NCBI GenBank assembly: GCA_045106985.1
Contig: JBGCFQ010000005.1
Span: forward strand, 86,700 to 150,699
Direction of reading: 5' to 3'
DNA length: 64,000 nt
DNA from: Pseudomonadales bacterium
Lineage (GTDB): Bacteria > Pseudomonadota > Gammaproteobacteria > Pseudomonadales > JAUIET01
Below, one piece after another: positions 27,442 through 35,742 of the stretch. Made by a program: the position numbers and the translations under genes. Under the pieces are notes generated by a model, which worked only from the letters and a program-made list of their open reading frames with translations, did no database searches and was not told the DNA's origin. Positions within the stretch are counted from its first letter, which is position 1, and every line of letters begins with the position of its first letter.

Positions 27442-29697
27442 TCAAGAGCTCGCGGCAGAGTTGCTTTCAAAGCTGCTTTCCGCTTCACGAAGCGAAGCCT
27501 GATCCTTGCCAGTCGATAGCATGCGTGACAATTCGAGTTCTCTAAATGTCCTGGCGTCATCGGCTTGCACTCCTTGTTCAACTTCGTTAATAAGGATGTT
27601 GCGTAGCTTTTGCAGTCTTCGGTTGCCCGGCATCAAACGTTGTCCACGAGACAAAAACACGTCGGCCTTATCAAGCGCACCGATTTTCATTTCAGTTTCC
27701 GCCAGTGCTGCGTACTCATTTCCTATTGCTTTAATGCCGTCCCATGCTTCCGCATTTAACGGGTCAATACTTAGGACCTGTTGATAGATTTTCTCCACAT
27801 TTTCTATAAGACTATCTTGCGTGCCACTGACGCCAGATATGAGTCGTGCTTCAGCTAGAAATCGCCTGATACGATCAGCTTGTTCGGCGTCCTTTTTCTT
27901 CTGGCGTGCAATCAATTGTTTTGTCGATTGCGGATTCTGGGTTTTCGCTGAATTAGTCGCTAATTGGCGGTCGCTTCTTTCAAGGTCGGCGATAAGTTTA
28001 TAGGTGCTTTTTCCTTCTGGATGCGTTAAGTCAACCTGGTATGCAATCGCTATCAGACTTCTCGCTTTTGCATAGTCCTTTACTATGGCCGCTTTTTGCG
28101 CTCTGTTGAGATACGAGCTGGCAACGGCTCGAATTCCGCCTAATGCCAACTTGTTTTCTGGATCAATTTGAAGCACCGCCTGGAATCGGCTAAATGCATC
28201 ATCTCCGTCCACAGTCTTGTATCGATTTTCTCGCATTGCTTTGTTAGCCTGCTCAATGCTGGTAGCTATTAGAGTCGCCTTTTCCTCCCGACGCGCTTGG
28301 TGTTGTTCGGTTTGGAACACCAATGCTCTTAGCTCTTGTTGTTGGCCCAGCAATTCAGCGTCATCTAGATAGAATGCTATTTGGGTAATGCGATCAAGCC
28401 CGGCACTGGCCGCTGCGCTGTCACCGGCGGTTATGTGCGCCTTTGACTCGGCCAGGTAATTTTCCAGCAAGTCACGAACTCCACTAATCGCTTCCTGATT
28501 CTGTGGGTCCCACGCAAGCGCAGTAGTAAAGAAGAATTGGGCATTGTCGTCGAGCGGCGAATGGAGCCGCTGATCAAGTAGCGCGGCCTTTCCTTGCTGT
28601 ACTAGATTGAATACGGTTTGATCTTTAACTGAACTTACCTTTGGTGTAACTTCAGCTGTAGGCGCATAGGATGCGTCATTGATCGCCCAGAGACCGCTTA
28701 CGATTGTTGCTCCGCACATAAAACCAAGAGCCACTTTGCCTGCTTGTGCCGCTGTTCGATATTTGACACCTTGTTTGCGTGATTCGCTATTTTTCGTTTT
28801 TCGCTCAATACCATCGTTAACCAGGCCTTTCTTTGGCCGGGTATAAAGCGTGCGGTCACTTGCGTTTGGATCTGAGTTTAAGCGATGCATATGGATTTCT
28901 AGCGCCCTGTCCAAAGCAACAATAAATGCCTCGCCACAGGAGAATCTGTCGTCCGCATTTTTTGCTAACGCTCTATCGATTACGGGTTGAAATGCCTCAA
29001 GATCTTCTCGCAGCGTGGGAATGCTAGAGAAAACGTGCTCATGGGCAATACCGATTGCTGAATCGGCTGTGTATGGAAGTCTTCCCTCGAGAAGCTCAAA
29101 CAATATAACGCCAAGACTGTAAATATCTGATCGACGCTCAAGTGGCTTGCCGCGAGCTTGCTCAGGACTCATGTATGCAGGCGTACCCAGTACCGACCCT
29201 GCGATAGTAATTTGAGTTCCGGCATTGGTTGGCCGCGCAATACCGAAATCACTAACCACCGCGCTGCCATTCTCGCTTAACAGTACGTTGGCTGGTTTTA
29301 TATCACGGTGAATAAATCCTTTTTCGGATGCATAGTGCAATGCTGATGCAACTTCTCTTACTATTGTTGCGCTGCGCTCAAGCGGCACAGGCGATTGCAT
29401 TAGGTTTTTGAGATCGCCACGATTGAGGTATTCCATGGCAATGTAGAGAGTACCGTTGTGTTGGCCTACGTCGTAGACAGAGACAATGTGGCGATGCGAT
29501 AACTTGGCGATAATTCTCGCCTCACGCACGAACCTGACAGCATAGGCTCTTTTGCTTGCGCCGGGATCCGAAATTATCTTCAGTGCAACCTGGCGCTGAA
29601 TTTTCTCTTGCATAGCCAAGTAGACCGTTGCTTGGCCGCCTCTACCGAGGACTTTCTCGATACGATAACCTGGCAAATTCGGGTATTGCATGTCCAA
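27442..29697 (-). CDS. Hanks-type serine/threonine protein kinase, membrane-anchored, with a TPR-like extracytoplasmic region
   Basis: GRGGQATVY, VALK, HRDIKPANVLL, DFGIAR and GTPAYMSPEQ. One TM helix (VALGFMCGATIVSGLWAI). About 400 aa of repeated helical TPR-like sequence follows. Confidence 0.9.
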   Translation of the reverse strand: MDMQYPNLPGYRIEKVLGRGGQATVYLAMQEKIQRQVALKIISDPGASKRAYAVRFVREARIIAKLSHRHIVSVYDVGQHNGTLYIAMEYLNRGDLKNLMQSPVPLERSATIVREVASALHYASEKGFIHRDIKPANVLLSENGSAVVSDFGIARPTNAGTQITIAGSVLGTPAYMSPEQARGKPLERRSDIYSLGVILFELLEGRLPYTADSAIGIAHEHVFSSIPTLREDLEAFQPVIDRALAKNADDRFSCGEAFIVALDRALEIHMHRLNSDPNASDRTLYTRPKKGLVNDGIERKTKNSESRKQGVKYRTAAQAGKVALGFMCGATIVSGLWAINDASYAPTAEVTPKVSSVKDQTVFNLVQQGKAALLDQRLHSPLDDNAQFFFTTALAWDPQNQEAISGVRDLLENYLAESKAHITAGDSAAASAGLDRITQIAFYLDDAELLGQQQELRALVFQTEQHQARREEKATLIATSIEQANKAMRENRYKTVDGDDAFSRFQAVLQIDPENKLALGGIRAVASSYLNRAQKAAIVKDYAKARSLIAIAYQVDLTHPEGKSTYKLIADLERSDRQLATNSAKTQNPQSTKQLIARQKKKDAEQADRIRRFLAEARLISGVSGTQDSLIENVEKIYQQVLSIDPLNAEAWDGIKAIGNEYAALAETEMKIGALDKADVFLSRGQRLMPGNRRLQKLRNILINEVEQGVQADDARTFRELELSRMLSTGKDQASLREAESSFESNSAASS

Positions 29698-30123
29698 CTC
29701 CTAATCTATGTCAGCGTTAACATGAGGAAGAATTTCCAAATGTTTGTGCTGGATCAATAATCCGGAAAAGACAGGAGAGACTCAATAAATACAAAGTATG
29801 GCTTTGTAAGTGTGGGCTTAGGCTTTAAGTGCTAATTGCACCGTTCATCGATTAAGGTTTCTTGGTGATTCGTCGCAAGTGCTTGAAACTACTAATTATT
29901 ATCCAGTCATTATCTTGAATCCGAATAGTGTCGAACTGTATATGGAGTGATTGATAAAAGATGCCTTATCGATCAAGAGTGCTGTGGCTTTCCAGTTCTT
30001 TGTTTGAGCAAGCTGACGGACGGTTGCGTAGCTTCAAAGGCCTTGACTACACTTAAAACAACCTCCAAACAGTAGGCGAAAGCGCTATTTTGTCTTCCTT
30101 ATACACCCTATCACTGATCGAAG

Positions 30124-30918
30124 ATGCGCTGCACCTTCTTTCGTTTCATTGATATACGAATAACTATGCGGGATAAGTTGATGGAACAAGACATCTTTCT
30201 GATCGTTGACGATAATGACGAGCTCCGGCAGGAAATGGTGAGCTATCTAAATCGTTATGGCGTTGTGTCTGTTGACGTTGATAGTGCAAAAGCTGCTAGA
30301 GAAGTTTTACTTTCTCAGCCAATTTCAATCGTCATTCTTGACGTGGTTATGCCGGGTGAATCCGGTTTGGATTTGACTAAATGGATCGTTCAGAACCTGG
30401 GCACGCCAGTTATTCTGCTTACATCACTAGATGATGTAACTGATCGAGTAACGGGATTAGAAGTAGGGGCGGACGACTATATACCAAAACCCTTTGATCA
30501 GCGTGAGCTATTAGCCAGAGCACGGTCTGTGCTACGTCGGGTAACCACCGATGAAGCTGACACAGCCAAGACTGCACCGAGTCCCAGTCTTTCTTTGTGC
30601 ACCGTTACGAGCCGACTTACGCTTCCGCATGGTGAGCAGACAAAGCTCAAAAGCCAAGAACTGAAAGTGCTGCGTTTCTTGTCAGACAACGCGGGTAAGG
30701 TGGTCACCAGGGAAATGCTGTATTCGCATGTCTACCAGCGACCGTGGAACCCCGATGATAGGGCCATCGATAACATCGTTGTGCAGCTGCGGAAGATAAT
30801 CGATTGTGATGACAGCACTGGAGACAGCAGGATAAAAACCGTACGCAATAAAGGGTATTTTCTGGATGTGGGCTTTATTGATTGCGCTCAAGGCACTGAA
30901 ATGCAGGCGGGACAATGA
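30124..30918 (+). CDS. OmpR-family response regulator (REC + winged helix)
   Basis: The REC domain (LIVDDNDEL...ILDVVMPG...DDYIPKPF) is followed by a trans_reg_C-like domain (IDNIVVQLRKI...IKTVRNKGYF). The real start is probably internal (ATG at 30166 or 30181). Confidence 0.85.
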   Translation: MRCTFFRFIDIRITMRDKLMEQDIFLIVDDNDELRQEMVSYLNRYGVVSVDVDSAKAAREVLLSQPISIVILDVVMPGESGLDLTKWIVQNLGTPVILLTSLDDVTDRVTGLEVGADDYIPKPFDQRELLARARSVLRRVTTDEADTAKTAPSPSLSLCTVTSRLTLPHGEQTKLKSQELKVLRFLSDNAGKVVTREMLYSHVYQRPWNPDDRAIDNIVVQLRKIIDCDDSTGDSRIKTVRNKGYFLDVGFIDCAQGTEMQAGQ

Positions 30919-30951
30919 CCAGCCGCTTTCAGCTTCACCGGAGGCGATGAC

Positions 30952-32244
30952 ATGGGCTTACTGAAGTTTTTGAACAAGAGAGCCAGAGAGGTTTATGGCC
31001 GCGAATCCCGTCGCTATATTTCAACCACGGGTGGTTATGTAAGACGAAGGCAGAGCATGGTTCATGTTAGTCAATTGAGCATTGGCATGTATGTTTCGGG
31101 TCTGGACAGGCCTTGGCTGGACACGCCCTTTTGTACGCAAGGCTTTTATGTTCGCTCTCAGGAAGACATTGACCAAATAAAACGTTATTGCGAGCGCGTC
31201 TATATAGACATAATACACAAGAAAGCAGTGTCGCTGGCTGATCCAACTCGCGAGAAAGAGATTGATGTTTCGATCCATAAATTACCAGACAAAAGCGCCT
31301 GGAATGGTGAGGAAAAGAGTTATCTTCGTTCTCAAGAACTTACCAGGTCTATATTGGACGAAGTCCGTTTACGCGGAATTATAAGAGAGGAATCAGTCAG
31401 AGACACAGTACGCACTTGCCTTGACAGTATTCTGCAGAATTCGCATACCTTATTGTGGGTATCGCAACTTGCTAAGCAGGGCAATAGTACCTTGGAGCGC
31501 CATGCTTTAAGTGTCTGTATCTTGGCTATTGCGTTCGGGCGATACCTTGGGCTTAGCAAAGAGGAGCTGGAGAAACTTGGCTCGAGCGCCATCTTGCATG
31601 ATGTAGGCATGCTTGCGCTAGATGAGGACGTTAGAGAGCGAATATATTCTGGCCAAGCTGAACTCAGCGATACTGATCGAACTGCCGTAAACGCGCATAC
31701 GGAACTGGGCCGAGATCTGTTGGTTTCCAATGATTGGCTGATGTCTGCTATCGACGTGGCTTACTGTCATCATGAGCACTTTGATGGTACGGGTTATCCT
31801 CGAGGGCTGCGGGGAGGGGCTATTCCAGAACTGGCACAGATTGTTGCACTTGCAGATACCTACGACGCTATAACCAATGCGCAAAGCTATCAATCGAACA
31901 AGTCGTCCCTTGATGCATTAAAGATCATCTATGACCAGCGCGACCAACAGTTCGACCCGAATCTGGCGCTCAGCTTTATTCGATTCATTACGATCTACCC
32001 ACCCGGTGCAATCGTTGAACTCAAAAACGAGCTCATTGGCATAGTGATTGATGCCACTAGCGGTCACAAACATTTGCCTACTATTATGTTGCTGCTCAAT
32101 GCAGATCGTTCTGCGCGCAAGCCGGAACTGATCTCGCTTGCTGAGAAATACAAGATGCCTGAAGGTCAAAACTACAGTATTGTCAAAATGTACCCTCCGG
32201 GTAGTTTCGATATAGATACGCGACTGTATTTAGATCCTTCCTAG
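30952..32244 (+). CDS. HD-GYP domain protein (putative c-di-GMP phosphodiesterase) with a DUF3391-like N-terminus
   Basis: HDVGM...HHEHFDGTGYPRGL signature. The N-terminal VHVSQLSIGMYVSGLDRPWLDTPF is typical of DUF3391. Confidence 0.85.
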   Translation: MGLLKFLNKRAREVYGRESRRYISTTGGYVRRRQSMVHVSQLSIGMYVSGLDRPWLDTPFCTQGFYVRSQEDIDQIKRYCERVYIDIIHKKAVSLADPTREKEIDVSIHKLPDKSAWNGEEKSYLRSQELTRSILDEVRLRGIIREESVRDTVRTCLDSILQNSHTLLWVSQLAKQGNSTLERHALSVCILAIAFGRYLGLSKEELEKLGSSAILHDVGMLALDEDVRERIYSGQAELSDTDRTAVNAHTELGRDLLVSNDWLMSAIDVAYCHHEHFDGTGYPRGLRGGAIPELAQIVALADTYDAITNAQSYQSNKSSLDALKIIYDQRDQQFDPNLALSFIRFITIYPPGAIVELKNELIGIVIDATSGHKHLPTIMLLLNADRSARKPELISLAEKYKMPEGQNYSIVKMYPPGSFDIDTRLYLDPS

Positions 32245-32276
32245 TTTAGCAAGCGAGTCTGTTTTTTAAATTCACT

Positions 32277-33788
32277 ATGAATATACCGTTGCTAAAAAAA
32301 AATGGGCGGGCGCCTAACCGCTTGTTGAGCACGCTGGCTAGAAGCTGGTATTTCGAAAGTTCTTATTTGCTGGTTGGTAGTTTGGTCTGGACTTTTGTTG
32401 TTTCCTTGTTGGTTTATGCCTGGGTCAGCCTAATTCCGAAAACGTATTTGCCTTTTCTCTTTCTACTCATTTTCGCTTCCGCAATAGTACTCAAATGGGT
32501 GTTGTACAGTCTCATTATCAGCCAATTCATTCGTTTTGATGAATACTTCCGGCTAGGCTTGGAACAAAGAGACATTACGAGCAGCCTACCTAACAAACCA
32601 GCTTATACTCTGCATCAATGGTACGACCTACTTGATCAGCTTCTGGATCGATTGTATCAGAACACGCATACCATCTCCGAAGTCGAAGATCGTTATCAAT
32701 CGATTCTGGATACGCAATCTGAGTTTGTCTTTAAGATCGACGAAAATCGATTCATGATTTATTCGAATCGCTCCTTCAATGATTTTATTTCTATGGGTAG
32801 TGACCAAAACGACAACTTTCTTGTTCTTGACTTTCTGGTTGACAACGTAGTTTCAGATATTATAAAGCAACAAGAAAAATTGTTAGAGTCGCTAAAAGAG
32901 GCTCCAGAAGGTATCGAATTTACTGTCAACTTGTTTTTAGCCGGTGAAGAACATATTGTTCGTTGGCATGCTATCTGTGTTCGAGAACACGTCAACGATT
33001 CTAATAGCGCCTGTAATTATGTGTTTGTAGGTCGAGACATCACTAATACATTGAAGCTGGAAGAGCGTGCCAGGAGACAGGAGAGCTTAGCCACTGTTGG
33101 GCAGTCTGCTTCATTTATCTGTCACGAAATCAGTCAGCCCTTGTCAGTCATAGAGTTGGCGACAAGGAATTTGATGGATTTGCGGCAAAGCAATTTATTG
33201 TCAGCCAATGACTTTGAGCAGAAGACCGCAACGGTACTGGCGAATGTGAGTCGTATCAGTAAAATTTCTCGCGAGCTCACTCACTTTGGGCGATATTCGA
33301 GCCAGGGCGACAGCGTATTTGATTTACATGAGCTGGTTTCTGATACTCTTGATGAAGGTAGAGATCTCAGTAGGCACGCTCGCATTAAAACGCCGCAACC
33401 TCAGTCTCAGCAATCGTTGCTTGTGAATGGAAATTCGACGCTGTTTAGACAAGTGATCTGCAATTTGCTAAAGAACTCTAGCTATGCGCTTGCAAAAAAT
33501 AAACCGGAAAACCCTGAGATCACCTTAGATGTTTGGCACGATACCTTAGGGGTTAACTTGCGAGTGAAAGATAACGCCGGTGGTGTCCCAACCCGGGATT
33601 TGGAAAAATTATTGATGCCTTTCTATTCCACAAAGCCGCCTGGAGAGGGCTCTGGGCTTGGCTTGGCTTTTTGCTTCGACGTAGTGCAGAAAATGGCTGG
33701 TTCCATAGAATGCAAAAACGACGAGCAGAAAGGTTTTTCAGTGCACATTACCCTACCACAACATCAGGCTGCGAATTCCGCGGCTTGA
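32277..33788 (+). CDS. sensor histidine kinase (2 TM helices, PAS-like, HisKA, HATPase_c)
   Basis: H-box FICHEISQPLSVI, N-box LLKNSSYAL, G-boxes DNAGGV and GSGLGLAF. Confidence 0.85.
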   Translation: MNIPLLKKNGRAPNRLLSTLARSWYFESSYLLVGSLVWTFVVSLLVYAWVSLIPKTYLPFLFLLIFASAIVLKWVLYSLIISQFIRFDEYFRLGLEQRDITSSLPNKPAYTLHQWYDLLDQLLDRLYQNTHTISEVEDRYQSILDTQSEFVFKIDENRFMIYSNRSFNDFISMGSDQNDNFLVLDFLVDNVVSDIIKQQEKLLESLKEAPEGIEFTVNLFLAGEEHIVRWHAICVREHVNDSNSACNYVFVGRDITNTLKLEERARRQESLATVGQSASFICHEISQPLSVIELATRNLMDLRQSNLLSANDFEQKTATVLANVSRISKISRELTHFGRYSSQGDSVFDLHELVSDTLDEGRDLSRHARIKTPQPQSQQSLLVNGNSTLFRQVICNLLKNSSYALAKNKPENPEITLDVWHDTLGVNLRVKDNAGGVPTRDLEKLLMPFYSTKPPGEGSGLGLAFCFDVVQKMAGSIECKNDEQKGFSVHITLPQHQAANSAA

Positions 33789-34031
33789 AAGTCTGATCTT
33801 GCTCGTCACTTTTTCATTTTTGCTTGAATTAGCATCTTGGTTCTGTCGCGAGTTCGCTGATTTTCAGTATCGATCTATACTCAATTATCCAAAACGAGCA
33901 TTATTCGGATAATGTACTATCAGCTTTAAGGGACGTCACCACCAACAAGATATCATTTTGCAATGCGTCCGTTGGTATGTGGCTTATTAGGCGTCAATGA
34001 TGTTGGCCGGTTGAGCGCTTAACTATTGGAT

Positions 34032-34285
34032 CTATTTCGTAGTTGTCGCCCTCCTTTTAATTGACGCCTTCTTGCGATAACTCTCTGCTTCAATTTCCAG
34101 AATCGCGGTATGTTGCACCAGTCGATCGATCGCGGCCACGGACATCATATTGTCGTCATCGTTGGCTGCAACATCAAACACACATGACAATACTTGCTGA
34201 TGGCTTCGCTTATGGCAGTGTCAACTTGATGTTCAGTGACTACTTTAAACCTGCAGTCTTCTTGACATGCAACATGTACAGCCAT
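34032..34285 (-). pseudogene. IS21-family IstB (helper ATPase) C-terminal remnant, frameshifted
   Basis: The minus strand reads ...DDDNMMSVAAIDRLVQHTAILEIEAESYRKKASIKRRATTTK*, matching the IstB tail pattern AA.DRLVHH..I.E..GESYR. Upstream sequence continues in another frame. There is no IstA or Walker region. Confidence 0.6.
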
Positions 34286-34442
34286 GCTCAACCTTGAACT
34301 CATCATCTACCAAACAGCTCAGTTTAACTAATTTAAAGCGCTGAGATCATTGATAATTAGCAGCTCATGCCGAGACTAAGGTAAGATCTTAGGGTATCAA
34401 CCTACTCTTCCTTCCACTCTACAATACTAAGAGGAATAACAA

Positions 34443-34874
34443 ATGGGTCATTCAATTTTAGCACCGGCGGCCGTTCTAATTCTTTGGTCTTTAATTATGC
34501 TGCTCTGGATAGTGGTTACGCGTTTCCCGGCGTTTAAAAAAGCGGGCGTTGACCTCGCAAATGCCGAACCGGGCGGCCGCTACGGTGATATCGAAAGCAC
34601 CATGCCCGCCAACGTAAACTGGAAGTCGCATAACTTCACACACCTTATGGAGCAGCCTACCTTGTTCTACGCCGTGGTCGCGGTTCTTGCACTTGCAGGT
34701 GCGACCAGCCCAATCAATGTGACTTTAGCGTGGGGTTATGTGGCACTGCGAATCCTTCACAGCCTTTGGCAATCATTGATTAACACAGTACCGGTTCGCT
34801 TTCTTTTGTTTGCGCTGTCTACTCTGTGTCTTTTAGCTTTGGCAGTTAACGCTGTGCGCGCAACCGTTTTCTAA
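34443..34874 (+). CDS. MAPEG family membrane protein
   Basis: 143 aa, 4 TM helices. Size and pattern (HNFTHLMEQPTLFY...ALRILHS) fit MAPEG. Confidence 0.5.
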   Translation: MGHSILAPAAVLILWSLIMLLWIVVTRFPAFKKAGVDLANAEPGGRYGDIESTMPANVNWKSHNFTHLMEQPTLFYAVVAVLALAGATSPINVTLAWGYVALRILHSLWQSLINTVPVRFLLFALSTLCLLALAVNAVRATVF

Positions 34875-34882
34875 GCCGAGCG

Positions 34883-35314
34883 CTAGAAGACGTCGCGACC
34901 GGTGAGATAGGCTTCGATGCTGTCGGCACTTTCTACCACCGCATTAATAACGGTTAGCAAGGTTTGCGCATCGGTATTGGCCGAGATCTGTGCGTTATAG
35001 GCGGCGAAATACTCGCCGTCGGACGCCATAACTTGCCAGGCACCTAATTTGGAGCTGTGGTTAATGCCCAACAGAAGGTTAGCGATCTTCTGCCCTAGCG
35101 GTTCCGCACTCTTATAGCCTATAGAATAGATCTTTCGAATCTCCAAATCGCCAATACGCTTGGTAGATGAGCTAATAACCACCTGCTGGTATCTGTCGCC
35201 ACTTAGCTGCAATACAGCTTGATAATCGCCATCGCTATCGGTTTCGTAGTCTATATTAAGCTGGTCTAGCAACGGCGCAATGCGCTCATCTGCCATTTTT
35301 TTACTTCCTAACAT
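34883..35314 (-). CDS. YbjN-like (T3SS-chaperone-like fold) protein
   Basis: Acidic, ~140 aa. LDQLNIDYETDSDGDYQAVL...LLGINHSSKLGAW...DAQTLLTVINAVVESAD matches the YbjN pattern. The start may be the ATG at 35296. Confidence 0.45.
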   Translation of the reverse strand: MLGSKKMADERIAPLLDQLNIDYETDSDGDYQAVLQLSGDRYQQVVISSSTKRIGDLEIRKIYSIGYKSAEPLGQKIANLLLGINHSSKLGAWQVMASDGEYFAAYNAQISANTDAQTLLTVINAVVESADSIEAYLTGRDVF

Positions 35315-35387
35315 CGTCTGATAAAGCTCGCAGGGAATTGAATGTTATTATTGGCGTCGGTCAAAGAACAACGAACCACGCCATACC

Positions 35388-35708
35388 ATGAAGACTACTT
35401 TAAATTCCGATGCTGAACAACGCCGCCTCAGCGAGAAACTGAACCTCGAAACTGCAAAAATGCCGTGGACGGAGCTACAGACCTTTTTCGCCACTGGCGT
35501 TGTGATAAAGGTTGCCACCTCCCTGGACCTGCTGCAGGTTGCCGAGCAACTTGTGGCAGATAATGCCGACCTAGTAGCAGAATGGATGAATGACGGCTCG
35601 GTCTCTCAAGTAAGCGATGAGCAGGCACATCAATGGTTTGAGCAGGACAGCGAGCTTTGGACCGTGGTTATCAAGCCCTGGGTGCTGGTACAGCAGGCAG
35701 ACTCCTAA
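35388..35708 (+). CDS. DUF2288-like protein
   Basis: 106 aa. LNLETAKMPWTELQTFFATGVVIKVATSLDLLQVA...LWTVVIKPWVLVQ resembles DUF2288. Confidence 0.4.
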   Translation: MKTTLNSDAEQRRLSEKLNLETAKMPWTELQTFFATGVVIKVATSLDLLQVAEQLVADNADLVAEWMNDGSVSQVSDEQAHQWFEQDSELWTVVIKPWVLVQQADS

Positions 35709-35742
35709 GCTTCTCTATAGCGCTTTCAGAGATCGCACCTCG

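Noticed and set aside
26403-29697. FHA plus Ser/Thr kinase considered as the T6SS threonine-phosphorylation pathway (Fha1/PpkA)
   Set aside because: No T6SS structural genes (TssA-M, Hcp, VgrG) or PppA phosphatase appear anywhere in the window.
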